Part shown: positions 18,089 to 27,693 of the stretch, piece by piece
How positions within the stretch are numbered: the first letter of the stretch is position 1
Layout of the letters: each line of letters opens with the position of its first letter
From: Minisyncoccota bacterium
GTDB lineage: Bacteria; Patescibacteriota; Minisyncoccia; Phycocordibacterales; SBAW01
Assembly (NCBI GenBank): GCA_035549255.1
Contig: DASZRD010000006.1
Span: 18,546 to 82,545, forward strand
DNA: 64,000 nt
Direction of reading: 5' to 3'
Notes under the pieces: model-generated
What the model was told of the DNA's origin: nothing
Databases searched by the model: none
Seen by the model: the letters and a program-made list of their open reading frames with translations, nothing else
Program-made: the position numbers and the translations under genes

Positions 18089-18166
18089 TTGACGAGTAAC
18101 TATGAAAAGAGTATCCTTTGAGTATCTGGTAACCGCCCCGAGTGGGTGGTTTTTTCTTACCCAGAT
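18089..18166 (+). promoter_or_regulatory. nusA promoter and leader attenuator hairpin
   Basis: TTGACG-17-TATCCT (18089-18117); AACCGCCC-cgagt-GGGTGGTT-TTTT (18131-18155). Confidence 0.65.
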
Positions 18167-18196
18167 TTCAACTCGCTACAAAATAACTACACGAAT

Positions 18197-19429
18197 ATGT
18201 TTGACCTTAAAGTAATGAATTCGGTTCTCTCCGAGCTCGAGGAAGAACGCGGCATTCCGCGCGCGAAGGTGATCGAGGCGATCGAGGCCGCGCTCGCGAC
18301 CGCGTACAAGAAGGAGTATGCCAAGAAGGGGCAGATCATCCGCGCCGTTATCGATATGGACGCCGGCACGACGCAGTTCGTCCAAGTAAAGCAGGTTGTC
18401 GATGATACGACCGTGCGCTTCGCAGCCGAAGGCGAAGAGGAAGAGGTGCCTTCAGAGCCCAAGCTCGATGCCGAGGGCAATGTGATTCCGGAGCTCCCCT
18501 ACTTCAACGAGGAGCAGCACATCATGCTCGCGGATGCCAAGTTTATTAAGCGTGACGCGCAAGTGGGCGACGAGCTTGTCTTCCCGCTTGAAACGAAAGA
18601 CGATTACGGTCGCATCGCCGCGCAGACCGCCAAGCAAGTTATCATCCAAAAGATTCGCGAAGCAGAAAAAGTTTCTGTGGTTGCAGAGTACGGCGCACGC
18701 GAGGGCGAGATTGTCAGCGGCACCGTGCAGCGCATGGAGCGCGGCAACCTCTATGTCGACCTTGGCCGTGCAACAGGTATCCTTCCCTACGAAGAGCAAA
18801 TCCCGGGTGAGCGCTTCCGCCAAGGCGAGCGCATCCGCGCACTCCTCTACCAAGTAGAAGAGTCGCCGCGCGGCATCTACCTGCGCCTCTCGCGTGCCAA
18901 TGGCGCATTTCTCGCAAAATTGTTTGAAATGGAAGTGCCCGAAGTCGCACACGGCACCGTGACCTTCAAGGCAATCGCGCGCGAGGCGGGCAGCCGCTCC
19001 AAGGTCGCGGTCGCATCATCCGACCCGCACGTCGACCCGGTGGGCAGCCTCGTCGGCCAGCGCGGCGTACGCGTCTCGACCGTTACCTCCGAGCTCGGCG
19101 GCGAAAAGATCGACATCATAGAATGGTCTGAGGATACCAAGGCGTTTATCGAAGAGGCGCTCTCGCCCGCTCGCGTGCTTGCGGTCGACCTCGACGACGC
19201 CGAGCATAAGGCGACGATCAAGGTTGCCGAGGACCAGCAGAGCCTCGCCATTGGCCGCGGCGGGCAGAACGTCCGCCTCGCCGCCAAGCTTACCGGCTGG
19301 CGCATCGACATCCAGTCGACTGGCGGCGCGAAAGTAGCCGAGGTTAACGAAGTCGGCGAAGAGACCGAGGCCGTACCCGAAGCAGAAGCCGAATCGAGCG
19401 AAACTACTGAAGAGAAGTCGGCAGAGTAA
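18197..19429 (+). CDS. nusA: Transcription termination/antitermination factor NusA
   Basis: GRIAAQTAKQVIIQKIREAE, AREAGSRSK, GEKIDII, LAIGRGGQNVRLAAKLTGWRID. Confidence 0.98.
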   Translation: MFDLKVMNSVLSELEEERGIPRAKVIEAIEAALATAYKKEYAKKGQIIRAVIDMDAGTTQFVQVKQVVDDTTVRFAAEGEEEEVPSEPKLDAEGNVIPELPYFNEEQHIMLADAKFIKRDAQVGDELVFPLETKDDYGRIAAQTAKQVIIQKIREAEKVSVVAEYGAREGEIVSGTVQRMERGNLYVDLGRATGILPYEEQIPGERFRQGERIRALLYQVEESPRGIYLRLSRANGAFLAKLFEMEVPEVAHGTVTFKAIAREAGSRSKVAVASSDPHVDPVGSLVGQRGVRVSTVTSELGGEKIDIIEWSEDTKAFIEEALSPARVLAVDLDDAEHKATIKVAEDQQSLAIGRGGQNVRLAAKLTGWRIDIQSTGGAKVAEVNEVGEETEAVPEAEAESSETTEEKSAE

Positions 19430-19452
19430 TTACTCGTCGTATACTAGTCACT

Positions 19453-20037
19453 ATGGCAAATATCGATCACAAGCCCTCCAAGTACATGCTGAACCTCTTG
19501 CATGTGCTGCCGCCGTTCGCAAACGAGGAAGACGGGATCGTCAACACGATCGTCGAAGTCTCGACGGGTTCGATCAACAAGTATGAGATCATCACCGAGT
19601 CCGGCCAGCTCAAGCTCGACCGCGTCGGTTACTCGTCACTTTCTTACCCTTTCACGTACGGAGCGATCCCTCAAACGTGGGACCTCGACAACGACCCGCT
19701 CGACATCGAGATTGTTAACATTACGGAGCCGCTCGTACCAGGATCGGTCTGCGAGGTGCGCATCATTGGTGCCATGAAGTTCGTCGACGGTGGCGAGGTT
19801 GACGACAAGATCATCGGCGTCCTCTCCGACGACAAGCGCGTCGAGCATATCAAGGCCGTTGAAGACCTTGGCGAATACTTCAAGAAAGAAACCAAATACT
19901 ATTGGGAGAATTATAAAGCGCTCAAGAAGCCGGGCACTGGTGTCGTAGGCGAATTCCTCGGCCGCGACGAGGCCCTGAAGATCGTCAAAGAGTCGATGGA
20001 GCGCTACAGACAGGATTACGCGCCCAAGCTCGACTAA
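19453..20037 (+). CDS. ppa: Inorganic pyrophosphatase (family I)
   Basis: NKYE, LDRV, YGAIPQT, DNDPLD, DGGEVDDKI. Confidence 0.95.
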   Translation: MANIDHKPSKYMLNLLHVLPPFANEEDGIVNTIVEVSTGSINKYEIITESGQLKLDRVGYSSLSYPFTYGAIPQTWDLDNDPLDIEIVNITEPLVPGSVCEVRIIGAMKFVDGGEVDDKIIGVLSDDKRVEHIKAVEDLGEYFKKETKYYWENYKALKKPGTGVVGEFLGRDEALKIVKESMERYRQDYAPKLD

Positions 20038-20057
20038 TAGATTTGTATTGGAAGCAC

Positions 20058-20087
20058 CAAAAATCCCTCTTAAAAGGGGGATTTTTG
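20058..20087. terminator. Intrinsic terminator after ppa
   Basis: CAAAAATCCCTC-ttaaaa-GGGGGATTTTTG. Confidence 0.75.
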
Positions 20088-20110
20088 CTACCTATGCTAT
20101 ACTCAGGGTC

Positions 20111-20287
20111 ATGGAAATCCCCTCTCCTGACGAGTTGCAGCAACGCCAGGCTCAAAAAGAAGGGGTCGGGCCCTTCTTCGCGATCATAATCATCATCGTG
20201 CTCTTGCTTGCGGGCGCAGTGTACTTTTTTATCAACTGGGAAACGACGCACCAACAAACGCCGAGCGCGGAGCAGGCAAATTCCTAG
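20111..20287 (+). CDS. Small single-pass membrane protein
   Basis: GPFFAIIIIIVLLLAGAVYFF TM helix; TATACT 7 nt before ATG. Confidence 0.75.
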   Translation: MEIPSPDELQQRQAQKEGVGPFFAIIIIIVLLLAGAVYFFINWETTHQQTPSAEQANS

Positions 20288-20308
20288 CGGGTGTGCTAGT
20301 GTAGGCCG

Positions 20309-21391
20309 ATGCCAGCAGCAGATATAGCAAAAACATTTACGCGCAAGGAGTTGCCGGGCTCGATGGTCGAGCTCTCAGGCGATATCCCGTACGAGGCGCT
20401 TGCGCCTTTTCGCGAGGCAGCGCTCAAGCACTTGGCCGAACATATGGAGCTGCCTGGCTTCCGCCCCGGCAAGGTGCCTGCCGACATGGCGCTGAAGAAA
20501 ATCGGCGAGGTGGGCGTTATGGAGGAAGCGGTCGAGATGTACATGCAAGAGCTCTACCCAGTGCTCCTCGACGCTCACAAGGTCGACGCGGTCGGCCGCC
20601 CGGATATCCGCATTACCAAGCTCGCGCCCAATAACCCTGTGAGCCTCACCGTCCGCGCGGCGGTGTATCCAGAAGTGACGCTCCCCAAAGATTGGAAGAA
20701 GACGAGCAACAAGATCGAGCTTGAGACTGCATTGCCTGCGACCGACGAAGAGGTTGAGAAGACTATCCAGTCTCTGCGCGAGAACCGCGCTGCGCGCGAG
20801 GAAGGCAAGGAGCCTGTGCTCCCGGAGGTTACTGACGAATGGGCCCAGTCGCTCGGCGCGTTTGAGAATGTCGCGGCGCTACGCGAGCAGATCAAGAAAG
20901 GCATTACCGAGGAGAAGAAGCGCGCTGCCAAGGATGCCCGCCGCGGCAAGATCGTCGACGCGGTCATTGCTGATACGAAAGTCGACGTGCCGGATGTCTT
21001 CGTCGAGAGCGAGCAAGACAAGATTATGAGCCAGATGCGGGAAGATATCACCCGCATGGGGCTTACCTTTGAGGATTACCTCAAGCATATCAATAAGACC
21101 GAGGAAGCGGTGCGAGAGGAATTCCGCGACCAGGCGAAGAAGCGCGCCACGCTTCAGCTCGTGCTCAACAAAGTAGCGCAGGAGGAAGATATTAAGGCCG
21201 ACCAGCCGTCAGTCGAGACCGAGATGCAGCATGCGCTCCAGCACTTCCCCGATGCCAACCCCGAACTTCTGCGTATTCATATAGAGACAGTCTTGCGCAA
21301 CGAGCTGACGCTGCGCCGACTTGAGGGAGACGCCACCCCGCTCGAGCCAACCACGCACGATCATGATCATAGCGAGCATCTGCACGAGTAA
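20309..21391 (+). CDS. tig: Trigger factor lacking the FKBP/PPIase domain
   Basis: Ribosome-binding GFRPGKVP motif; N domain joins directly to LPEVTDEWA C-terminal domain; upstream of clpP. Confidence 0.92.
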   Translation: MPAADIAKTFTRKELPGSMVELSGDIPYEALAPFREAALKHLAEHMELPGFRPGKVPADMALKKIGEVGVMEEAVEMYMQELYPVLLDAHKVDAVGRPDIRITKLAPNNPVSLTVRAAVYPEVTLPKDWKKTSNKIELETALPATDEEVEKTIQSLRENRAAREEGKEPVLPEVTDEWAQSLGAFENVAALREQIKKGITEEKKRAAKDARRGKIVDAVIADTKVDVPDVFVESEQDKIMSQMREDITRMGLTFEDYLKHINKTEEAVREEFRDQAKKRATLQLVLNKVAQEEDIKADQPSVETEMQHALQHFPDANPELLRIHIETVLRNELTLRRLEGDATPLEPTTHDHDHSEHLHE

Positions 21392-21412
21392 TATTTAGCT
21401 ACATAGAGATAG

Positions 21413-21447
21413 AAAAAGGCCCGACCGTAGGAAACGGCGGGCCTTTT
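21413..21447. terminator. Bidirectional terminator
   Basis: AAAAAGGCCCGACCGT...ACGGCGGGCCTTTT. Confidence 0.7.
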
Positions 21448-21509
21448 ATCGAACAGCCGCTGCAGACAGCTCGAACCGAACGAAAGAACATCTGCAGGGT
21501 ATCTCGGCC

Positions 21510-21647
21510 TCAGTTGAAGCCGCAATGTTCAGTGCAGTAATGCACTGAAGGGGCAAAGGGCCCATTGCCATCATTGTAGAGTTCCGAACCGATCATGAGA
21601 ACGGCGAAAATCCCAAGGATGGAAAATACTGCGATCTTAGCAAACAT
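21510..21647 (-). CDS. Small orphan membrane/secreted peptide (45 aa)
   Basis: Below ORF-track cutoff; AGGAGG SD; MFAKIAVFSILGIFAVLMIGSELYNDGNGPFAPSVHYCTEHCGFN. Confidence 0.6.
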   Translation of the reverse strand: MFAKIAVFSILGIFAVLMIGSELYNDGNGPFAPSVHYCTEHCGFN

Positions 21648-21754
21648 GAAACCCTCCTATTGAGCGGCCTTCGCAGAATGCGAAAGCTCAAGAGAAACCC
21701 TGTGGTTTATATTTTCCGCTTGAAATACTCTCCCGTCAAGCGTATAGTGTGCAC

Positions 21755-22390
21755 ATGCAAAATAACCCTATACAAAGCCAATTGGTGCCGATGGTGGTCG
21801 AGAAGTCCCCTTACGGCGAGCGGGCTTTCGACATCTACTCGCGCCTCCTCAAGGAGCGCATCATCTTCCTCTCCGGCGCTATCGAGGATCATACGGCCAA
21901 TCTTATCATCGCGCAGCTCCTCTTCCTGGCGTCCGAGGATCCCAAGAAAGATATCCAGCTCTATATCAACTCCCCCGGCGGCTCGGTCACGGCCGGTCTC
22001 GCCATCCTGGACACCATGAACTTCGTGAAGCCCGACGTCGCGACGGTATGCGTCGGCATGGCGGCCTCCGCAGCAGCAGTAATCCTCGCCGCAGGCCAGA
22101 AGGGCAAGCGCTACGCGCTCCCCAACGCCGAGGTGATGATCCACCAGCCGTGGGGGGGCGCACAGGGACAAGCTACCGATATCGAGATCACCGCCAAGCA
22201 CATCGTCGCCACCCGCGAGCGCCTTAATAAGATCCTCGCCAAGGCGACCGGCCAGGCGCTCGAGAAGGTCGAGAAGGACGTCGACCGCGACTACTTCATG
22301 ATGGCCGAGGACGCCAAGAAATACGGCATCATTGACGACATTTTCAGCGGCAAGGCCCCTGCTGCAAAGCCGTCCGGCAAGAAGGACTAG
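21755..22390 (+). CDS. clpP: ATP-dependent Clp protease proteolytic subunit
   Basis: [33 protein letters not shown]. Confidence 0.98.
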   Translation: MQNNPIQSQLVPMVVEKSPYGERAFDIYSRLLKERIIFLSGAIEDHTANLIIAQLLFLASEDPKKDIQLYINSPGGSVTAGLAILDTMNFVKPDVATVCVGMAASAAAVILAAGQKGKRYALPNAEVMIHQPWGGAQGQATDIEITAKHIVATRERLNKILAKATGQALEKVEKDVDRDYFMMAEDAKKYGIIDDIFSGKAPAAKPSGKKD

Positions 22391-22417
22391 GGTTGCCTTA
22401 CCCTCGGATTCCTGGTA

Positions 22418-22567
22418 CCCTGAAGATGTTCGCTTCAGGGTATTTCTTTCGTAATTTAATTTTGAACTGTTCCCCCTCCCTCCGATTCCTATCAATGATT
22501 ACATCTGTGACTAAAGCGCCAGAAGCAGCAGTTCGAAAGGGCTAAGCACAGCATCCGCATTGCGGGG
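22418..22567 (+). ncRNA. Candidate 6S RNA (alternatively only the clpP terminator plus rny leader)
   Basis: 5' CCCUGAAGAUGUUCGC resembles 6S 5' ends; long-range pairings GAUGUU/AGCAUC, GCUU-AG/CUAAGC, UUUGAACUG/CAGUUCGAA flank an AU-rich bubble; upstream of rny. Confidence 0.4.
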
Positions 22568-22597
22568 CGTCGAGCGGTTTGGGGACCCAAATCGTTT

Positions 22598-24127
22598 ATG
22601 TCGCTTACATACGCATTCATCCTCATGGGGATTGCCGGGCTCGCGGGCATTGCGATCGGATACATCTTCCGATTGCTCTTCGCGCGCGCGCAAAGGAATT
22701 CCCTCGAGGTCGAGGTTAAAAACATCCTCTTCAACGCCCGCGAGGAGGCAAAGCGGATTACTGACGAGGCCGAGAACAAGTCCCGCGAGCTCGTAGAGAG
22801 CGGCGAAGCTGCGCTTAAGGAGAAGGAGGAGAAGCTCACGCGCGCCGAGGACCGCGTCTTCAAGCGCGAGGAAGCACTCGACAAAAAGTCGTCCGAGTTC
22901 GACCGCGAAGTCGAGGGGCTGAAGTCACGTATTGAAGAAGTAAAAACGATCCGTGAGCGCGCCGAAGGGCTCGTACAGCAGCGCGGTGAGGAACTGGCTC
23001 GTGTGGCCGGCCTCACCAAAGACCAGGCTAAAGAGCAGCTCATGGCCGAAATCGAGCGCGAGAACGGCGAGGATTTCATGATGCGCGCGGCCAAGCTCGA
23101 GCGCGAGGGCTACGAGCGCCTTGAGCGCAAGGCCAAGGATATCCTTACGACCGCGATCCACCGCCTTGGCAACTCGGTCGCCTCCGACACGATGGCGACC
23201 GCGATCACGATTCCCAACGACGACATCAAGGGCAAGATCATCGGCAAGGAAGGCCGCAACATCAAGGCATTTGAGCGCGCCAGCGGCGTCGAGGTCATTA
23301 TCGACGACACGCCCGGCTCGATCGTGCTTTCTTCTTATGACCCGATCCGTCGTGCAATTGCCCGCGTCGCGCTCGAGAATCTCATCATCGACGGCCGCAT
23401 TCAGCCCGCCAAGATCGAGGATACAGTCGAGAAGGCAAAAAACGAGGTCAACAAGATCATCAAAGAGAAGGGCGAACAGGCCGCCTTCGAGGCCGGCGTG
23501 CTCAATCTCGACCCGCGGCTGATCATGATTCTCGGCCGTCTCCACTTCCGCACTTCCTACGGGCAATCGGTACTACAGCACAGCGTGGAGATGGCGCATA
23601 TCGCCGGCATGATCGCCGAAGAGCTCGGCGCCAATCCGCAAGTCGCTCGCGCCGGGGCGCTCCTTCACGACATCGGCAAAGCGCTCGACCACGAGGTCCA
23701 GGGTACGCACGTCGAGATCGGTCGCCGAGTGCTCCAGAAGTTCGGCGTTTCCGAGGAAGTGGTCAAAGCGATGCAGGCGCACCATGAGGAATACCCGTAC
23801 GAAACGACCGAGTCGGTCATCGTCCAAGTCGCAGACGCCATTTCGGGCGGCCGCCCCGGTGCACGCCGCGACAGCGTTGAGAATTATCTCAAGCGTCTCG
23901 GCGATATCGAGGCGATCGCCAACTCCTTCACCGGCGTTGAGAAGTCCTATGCTATTTCTGCCGGCCGCGAGGTGCGCGTCTTCGTCAAACCCGATGAAAT
24001 GACAGACTTCGCCGCCCGGGAATTGGCCCGCAATATAGCCCTGCGCATCGAAAACGAGCTCAAATATCCCGGCGAGATCAAAGTAACAGTGATCCGCGAG
24101 ACCCGCTCGATCGAATTTGCGCGTTAA
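22598..24127 (+). CDS. rny: Ribonuclease Y
   Basis: N-terminal TM, coiled coil, KH (KGKIIGKEGRNI), HD (LLHDIGK), ADAISGGRPGAR. Confidence 0.98.
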   Translation: MSLTYAFILMGIAGLAGIAIGYIFRLLFARAQRNSLEVEVKNILFNAREEAKRITDEAENKSRELVESGEAALKEKEEKLTRAEDRVFKREEALDKKSSEFDREVEGLKSRIEEVKTIRERAEGLVQQRGEELARVAGLTKDQAKEQLMAEIERENGEDFMMRAAKLEREGYERLERKAKDILTTAIHRLGNSVASDTMATAITIPNDDIKGKIIGKEGRNIKAFERASGVEVIIDDTPGSIVLSSYDPIRRAIARVALENLIIDGRIQPAKIEDTVEKAKNEVNKIIKEKGEQAAFEAGVLNLDPRLIMILGRLHFRTSYGQSVLQHSVEMAHIAGMIAEELGANPQVARAGALLHDIGKALDHEVQGTHVEIGRRVLQKFGVSEEVVKAMQAHHEEYPYETTESVIVQVADAISGGRPGARRDSVENYLKRLGDIEAIANSFTGVEKSYAISAGREVRVFVKPDEMTDFAARELARNIALRIENELKYPGEIKVTVIRETRSIEFAR

Positions 24128-24343
24128 TTCTCCATTTTCGGCAAAAAATAACAAAATTTACTGAGATTTTGTCAAATTTTTCTATCCCCGTGGCTCTATT
24201 GCGCGGTTTTTTGAGATCACTATACTAAAGGGCAGGTTTTTTCGCCTCTTACCAGGGCGAAAAGCGAAAGAACCCCCAATTGGGTGTGCGTGATATACCG
24301 CGGCATTAGGCCGTATTTATCCGTTATTGTAACCATAAGCCCT

Positions 24344-24616
24344 ATGAACAAGCAGGATATCGCAGAAAAAGTGCAGGGAGTCCTTGGCGGGACCAAGGCT
24401 GACGCCGAGCGCGCCGTGGAGAGCATGATCGACACGGTCGTAAGCGCGCTCAAGCGCAATGAAGAGGTCTCGATTGCCGGCCTCGGCATCTTCAAGACCA
24501 AAATGCGCGCGGCCCGCACCGCCCGCAACCCTCGCACTGGCGAGTCGGTCAATGTGCCTTCGATGCGCGTGCCGAAGTTCCAGCCGGCCAAGGCGCTCAA
24601 GGACGCCGTCAAGTAA
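24344..24616 (+). CDS. hup: HU family DNA-binding protein
   Basis: MNKQDI...GLGIF...RAARTARNPRTGE...PKFQPAKALKDAVK. Confidence 0.96.
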   Translation: MNKQDIAEKVQGVLGGTKADAERAVESMIDTVVSALKRNEEVSIAGLGIFKTKMRAARTARNPRTGESVNVPSMRVPKFQPAKALKDAVK

Positions 24617-24637
24617 GGCAAGGTCTGATCCTCTCGA

Positions 24638-24672
24638 AACGAAAAACCCGCACCTGGTGCGGGTTTTTCGTT
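24638..24672. terminator. Bidirectional terminator
   Basis: AACGAAAAACCCGCAC-ctg-GTGCGGGTTTTTCGTT. Confidence 0.85.
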
Positions 24673-24677
24673 GCTGT

Positions 24678-25445
24678 TTAATTAATCTCCGGCTTGAGGA
24701 TGTCTTTCACGTCCGCCAAGAGGACTTGGACCTCGAACGACCCCGCCGCATACGCGGCGGCCTGATACGGAGGGATAAAAATCCTGATACGATCGCTGTC
24801 GACTACGAAATTCTCAAAATTCTCCGCTTTGGGCGCTACGCCGTCTGCAATCATGTCTTGGGAATCTCCCCCTTCTTTCTGCAGCTGAGCCGCAACCTGC
24901 TGCTGCGCCGCTTGGGATAGCCGGTTGAGATAGTCCGAGCCGCTCATAAAGAGATCTCCCAGGCTTACCGTATCACCGTTCATGTCGAATACGAGCGTCT
25001 TATAGGAGTTGATTGGGTGCGCGCCGCCCGTATCGGTGTAGATATCAAACTCGTAGGATACGAACGAGCCCGAAGAGTAAGCATGGTAGCCGATATCCAG
25101 AGAATATTTGATATTCGCGGCAGTCAGTCGGTCCTTCTCATCCTGGCTTACGGAATTCGCTTCTTCCTTGAATTGGGAGATGAAACCGTTGAGGGTTGTC
25201 GCGATAGTATTCTCCGCTTTGCTCTCAGCTCCCCAGCTGCCGCGCGTCGCGAGCGAGGTCGTTGCAGTATAATTGATCTGAATCGTGTAATACGGCGTGT
25301 CTTCGCGGTGCTGGCGATCGCCCGTCTCAGCGAGCGTGTAGGAGAGCGAGCTCCCCGGCGCGGCGCGAGAATAATACAAAGCTCCCGCCGCAGCGATAAT
25401 GAGCGCAACGATACCAATAATCGTTATGAGGCTATTTCTCGACAT
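24678..25445 (-). CDS. DUF3298/RsiV-PdaC-like membrane-anchored protein
   Basis: N-terminal TM; YTDTGGAHP, SLGDLF, FIPPYQAAAYAAG motifs. Confidence 0.8.
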   Translation of the reverse strand: MSRNSLITIIGIVALIIAAAGALYYSRAAPGSSLSYTLAETGDRQHREDTPYYTIQINYTATTSLATRGSWGAESKAENTIATTLNGFISQFKEEANSVSQDEKDRLTAANIKYSLDIGYHAYSSGSFVSYEFDIYTDTGGAHPINSYKTLVFDMNGDTVSLGDLFMSGSDYLNRLSQAAQQQVAAQLQKEGGDSQDMIADGVAPKAENFENFVVDSDRIRIFIPPYQAAAYAAGSFEVQVLLADVKDILKPEIN

Positions 25446-25486
25446 AGTATGTTATTGCAGCACACTTGGATGAACATTAGATGATG

Positions 25487-25557
25487 TGCGGGATGGGAGA
25501 ATCGGACTCCCGACTTCAGTTTGGAAAACTGACGTTTTACCATTAAACCAATCCCGC
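25487..25557 (-). tRNA. tRNA-Gly(TCC)
   Basis: Cloverleaf: acceptor GCGGGAT/ATCCCGC, anticodon arm TCAGT-TTTCCAA-ACTGA; no encoded CCA. Confidence 0.93.
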
Positions 25558-25588
25558 GTACGAGCATAAGCGTATACTATAGGTAACT

Positions 25589-26731
25589 ATGGAATTTATC
25601 CATACGCTGCTCAATCTCCTTGGCGCCTTGGCAGCTGCGGTCTCTCTGTTTTTCGGCAACCTTGCGGCAACGTACTTGCCGTCGGAGACGCTTGTATCTA
25701 TCAGCCCGCCCGCTGAGACGCGCATGGCATCGTCAACGCCGGCGGCCGGATCAACCAGCACCGCAAGCTCCTCCCCTGCCGCGCAGAAGGCGGCGTCCAA
25801 GCTTCCTGTGGACGCCAGCACAGTCGCGACCATGCCGATAGCTCCCCGGCCCGCAACCCTCCCGCCGGAAACCCCACCAGCCGATCCCGTGGCGCTCAAC
25901 AGCCAGACCCGCGCGGCGCTGGTTAATATCCTCTGCCTCGCCGGGAGCGGCGTACATTCCATCTCCGCCAGCGGCGTCTTCGTTGACTCGCGGGGTGTCA
26001 TTCTGACCAACGCACACGTCGGAGAATTTTTCCTGCTTAAAGATTATCCGACGCCCAACAACGTGAACTGCACCATACGTACCGGCAGCCCCGCGCAGGC
26101 CGCCTATCATGCTACGCTCGTCTACTTGCCCCCAGCTTGGATCGCCAAGAACGCCTCGCAAATCGCCCTACCGCAGGCGGTAGGCACCGGCGAAGACGAC
26201 TATTCGTTTCTTTTGGTTACGGACAGCGTCTCGGGTACCCCCTTGCCCACTTCCTTCCCCGCCCTGCCCATGACTTCAGACGAGCCTTCGCAGGGAGAAA
26301 ACATGCTTTTGGCCGGATATCCCGCGGGCTTTCTTGACGGCTTCACTATAGAACAGAACCTGTATATCTCTTCGGCATTCGCCAACGTGACGCAGCTCTA
26401 CACCTACGGAGACGGGCAGACAATCGACCTTGTCTCCATAGGCGGTACGATTGTTTCGCAAGGAGGCGCATCGGGCGGCGCCGCGGTCCGCGCGAGCGAC
26501 GGCAGCCTTCAAGGCATTATCGCGACTGCCACGAGCGCCGACACCACCGCCGAGCGCGATCTGCGCGCCGTTACGCTAGCGCATATAAACCGCAGCCTCG
26601 CGGCGTACGGCATGGGAGGTATAGCAGCGCTCCTGTCGGGCAATATCGCCAATGAAGCGGCCCAATTCAGCGCAAACGTAGCCCCGGCTGAAAAGGCCGC
26701 ACTCGTGAACGTCCTTCAAGGGGGCAATTAG
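25589..26731 (+). CDS. Trypsin-like serine protease, membrane-anchored
   Basis: SGVFV..ILTNAHV, DYSFL, GYP, GASGG catalytic motifs; Pro/Ser/Thr linker. Confidence 0.85.
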   Translation: MEFIHTLLNLLGALAAAVSLFFGNLAATYLPSETLVSISPPAETRMASSTPAAGSTSTASSSPAAQKAASKLPVDASTVATMPIAPRPATLPPETPPADPVALNSQTRAALVNILCLAGSGVHSISASGVFVDSRGVILTNAHVGEFFLLKDYPTPNNVNCTIRTGSPAQAAYHATLVYLPPAWIAKNASQIALPQAVGTGEDDYSFLLVTDSVSGTPLPTSFPALPMTSDEPSQGENMLLAGYPAGFLDGFTIEQNLYISSAFANVTQLYTYGDGQTIDLVSIGGTIVSQGGASGGAAVRASDGSLQGIIATATSADTTAERDLRAVTLAHINRSLAAYGMGGIAALLSGNIANEAAQFSANVAPAEKAALVNVLQGGN

Positions 26732-27594
26732 GCCTTCCAGCGCGCAAATATCCCGCACGGAAGCGCCCGCTTCCCTTCCCGCTCTTCTATCGTCAAATCG
26801 CCGTATGCCACCTCTCCGCCGTATTTTCTTGCAAACGGCTCGAGGTTATAGGCGAAGGCAAGCGGCGAATAGCCCGCGGCATAGCCGTTTACTAAAATTC
26901 CTACAGGCTTATCAGAAATGAGTTTTTCGCATGCCTCCATAAGCGGCAAAAGGTCCTCTTCGATCTTCCAGAGCTCATCGTTGGGCCCGTGGCCGAAGGC
27001 GGGCGGGTCCATAAGGATAAAATCATACTTATTGCCGCGTTTGATTTCGCGGCCAACGAATACCATCACATCCTCAGTAATCCATCGTATAGATTTATCA
27101 GCCAAGCCTGAGAGGATCGCATTCTCACGCGCCCACGCGACAGCTGTCTTAGAGGCGTCGACATGCGTAACCTGTGCGCCAGCCTGTGCCGCGGCGAGCG
27201 ACGCTCCGCCGGTGTAGCCGAAAAGGTTGAGCACTTTTACCTCTTCCCTTCCTCTTATCACTTCCCTCACCCACTCCCAATTCGGTTCCTGCTCCGGGAA
27301 GAGGCCGGTGTGCTTAAAGGACGTCAGCCGTATAAGGAAGGTTAGCCCGCCAAATTCTATCGGCCACTCTTTGGGCAAGTCCTTTCCCGCTTCCCACTTC
27401 CCTTCGCTACCCTGGCGAACATACCGCGCGTCGGCCTTGGCCCACTCCTCCGGCGAACTAGCCTTATTCCACAACGCTTGCGGATCAGGCCGGCTCAAAA
27501 GGACATTGCCATAGCGCTCGAGCTTCTCTTCCCTGCCGGAATCTATAAGCTCGTAATCTTTTGAAGATTTGGTTACTAGTGTTTGACGTTCCAT
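26728..27594 (-). CDS. Class I SAM-dependent (RlmI/RlmK-like) methyltransferase
   Basis: KHTGLFPEQ, LNLFGYTG, HVDAS, DPPAFG; start trimmed to ATG 27594 because the ORF extension overlaps tRNA-Pro. Confidence 0.9.
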   Translation of the reverse strand: MERQTLVTKSSKDYELIDSGREEKLERYGNVLLSRPDPQALWNKASSPEEWAKADARYVRQGSEGKWEAGKDLPKEWPIEFGGLTFLIRLTSFKHTGLFPEQEPNWEWVREVIRGREEVKVLNLFGYTGGASLAAAQAGAQVTHVDASKTAVAWARENAILSGLADKSIRWITEDVMVFVGREIKRGNKYDFILMDPPAFGHGPNDELWKIEEDLLPLMEACEKLISDKPVGILVNGYAAGYSPLAFAYNLEPFARKYGGEVAYGDLTIEEREGKRALPCGIFARWKA

Positions 27595-27603
27595 GTGTAA
27601 CGA

Positions 27604-27674
27604 TCGGGGCGCCCAGAATCGAACTGGGTCATCTTGCTCCCAAAGCAAGCGTACTACCGGTATACGACGCCCCG
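27604..27674 (-). tRNA. tRNA-Pro(TGG)
   Basis: Acceptor CGGGGCG/CGCCCCG, anticodon arm CTTGC-TTTGGGA-GCAAG, GTTCGATTC T loop. Confidence 0.93.
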
Positions 27675-27693
27675 CAGTACCCCGAGAATAGCA

